A stretch of 64,000 nt of DNA from Actinomycetota bacterium (GTDB lineage Bacteria > Actinomycetota > Thermoleophilia > Miltoncostaeales > Miltoncostaeaceae), in NCBI GenBank assembly GCA_016870155.1, contig VGCE01000003.1:54055-118054 (forward strand). The letters are read 5' to 3'. Positions 63,063 through 64,000 of this stretch are shown piece by piece. The notes below the pieces were generated by a model. That model ran no database searches. It had not been told where the DNA came from and worked only from the letters and a program-made list of their open reading frames with translations. Within the stretch, counting starts at the first letter, position 1. Each line of letters opens with the position of its first letter. The translations under genes were made by a program, and so were the position numbers.

Positions 63063-63587
63063 ATGAAGCTCAACATCAAGTTCCGGCGCCCCAGCGCGTC
63101 GATGGTCATCGCCACCACTGCGCTCGTGATCGCCGCGGGTGGTGCCGGCGCCTACGCCCAGAGCCAGATCAACGGCAGCCAGCTCGTGAACAAGTCGGTG
63201 AAGAACGCCAAGATCGCCAACCGGGCGATCAACAACCGCACGCTGGCATCGAACAGCGTGCTCGCCAGCACCCTCGCCCCCGGCGCGATCACCACGCGCT
63301 TCCGCGAGCAGAACTCCGGCTCGCTTGCGTCGGGCCAGCAGACCATCATCTACATCGCCTGCCAGTCCACTGAGGACATCGTGGGCGGCGGCTTCGGCGG
63401 CATCTACCCCACGAGCCCGGTTGGCCCCGCCAATCCGCAGGCGCACGTGGCATTCAGCCGCCCGTCGATGCCGAACGGCGTGATGCCCACCAACGGCCAG
63501 ATCCCCACCGGATGGGCCGTGAGCGTGGTGAACGAGAGCAACAACGCGATGATCGCCTCTGCGTACGCGGTGTGCCTGCGCGCGTAG
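63063..63587 (+). CDS. Secreted hypothetical protein
   Basis: Signal-like N-terminus (MVIATTALVIAAGGAGAYA), then short repeats (INGSQLVNKSVKNAKIANRAINNRTLASNSVLAS) and a C-terminal Cys pair. Followed by a strong hairpin. Confidence 0.55.
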   Translation: MKLNIKFRRPSASMVIATTALVIAAGGAGAYAQSQINGSQLVNKSVKNAKIANRAINNRTLASNSVLASTLAPGAITTRFREQNSGSLASGQQTIIYIACQSTEDIVGGGFGGIYPTSPVGPANPQAHVAFSRPSMPNGVMPTNGQIPTGWAVSVVNESNNAMIASAYAVCLRA

Positions 63588-63605
63588 CGCGGCACTCCGG
63601 CAGGT

Positions 63606-63634
63606 GGCCCCGTCCGCTTCGCGCGGGCGGGGCC
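63606..63634. terminator. Bidirectional hairpin between convergent genes
   Basis: GGCCCCGTCCGC-ttcgc-GCGGGCGGGGCC forms a 12-bp stem with one G:U pair. Confidence 0.55.
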
Positions 63635-63635
63635 G

Positions 63636-64000
63636 TCAGCCCCCTTCGAGCTCGCGCGTGACCCGCGCGAGGCCCGCGACCTCGACGGGATCATCCTCGA
63701 GCGCGGGCACCGTGGTGATCGGCGGCGCGTCGAGCGCGCCCGCGATCGACCGGATCTCGTGCCGGTCGGCTGCAGACCGGGCGCGAGCCGCGGTGAGTGC
63801 ATCCGCGGCGCGCGCGGCAAGGCCCTCGGGGTCGGCCGCTCCTGCTGCGCGCAGCAGGTCAGCCAGGCCGGCGGGCTGGTCATCCCCGCCCGCCGGCTGC
63901 GCATGCACGCGGTTCACGACCACCGCGCCCAGCGGATAGCGGTCATCGCGCAGGCGGCGCCAGAGCAAGATGGCCTCGCCTGCGGGCTCCGGCCGCGGGC
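63636..64000 (-). CDS. ArsA/Get3-like ATPase family protein, C-terminal fragment (5' end outside window)
   Basis: The frame is open to the window edge. The YPLGAVVVNRVH block and the following Ala/Asp-rich helical tail resemble actinobacterial ArsA-family ATPases. The assignment is weak. Confidence 0.4.
   Translation of the reverse strand, partial: PRPEPAGEAILLWRRLRDDRYPLGAVVVNRVHAQPAGGDDQPAGLADLLRAAGAADPEGLAARAADALTAARARSAADRHEIRSIAGALDAPPITTVPALEDDPVEVAGLARVTRELEGG

Overview
This is a high-GC chromosomal segment. Its gene content and synteny fit a deep-branching Actinomycetota-type genome: an rsmI-metG-tatD-rsmA-ispE block without rpfB, an lhr-nei operon, a Kgd/OdhA-type 2-oxoglutarate dehydrogenase, and a short primary sigma factor. 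The class-level placement is inference only. I call about 60 protein-coding genes, 2 pseudogenes and one initiator tRNA-fMet. I see no rRNA, CRISPR array, transposase or integrase. Most genes are housekeeping: pstCAB, metG, ispE, ppk, lhr/nei, clpS, an ODH-lpd-lplA operon, nadBAC, typA, mgsA and rpoD. Envelope and membrane genes are interspersed: two polysaccharide deacetylases, LCP, CapA, MMPL, TauE and a multicopper oxidase. There is also one Phd/VapC toxin-antitoxin pair. Many long ORFs in the track are antisense or out-of-frame GC artefacts and were not called. I do not see a convincing self-contained novel defence-type system. The observations most worth follow-up are these. (1) A 13-bp perfect dyad GGTGAC-W-GTCACC occurs only as closely spaced pairs at three loci, and two pairs sit in-frame inside coding sequence (lhr and a nucleotidyltransferase-like gene). 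(2) An ODH polypeptide carries a complete E2o (lipoyl domain + PSBD + catalytic core) fused to E1o, whereas the described OdhA/Kgd proteins lack the lipoyl domain. (3) An AT-rich repeated TTTTACGTC/TGACGTCA element lies over the nadB start. (4) The TatD metal-binding motif is encoded upstream of any usable start codon. (5) A decayed scar region holds a disrupted hydrolase, an excisionase-like HTH gene and an N-terminally short FdrA-like gene. (6) Several small uncharacterised gene pairs and trios. All family assignments rest on motif recognition by eye and no database search was run.
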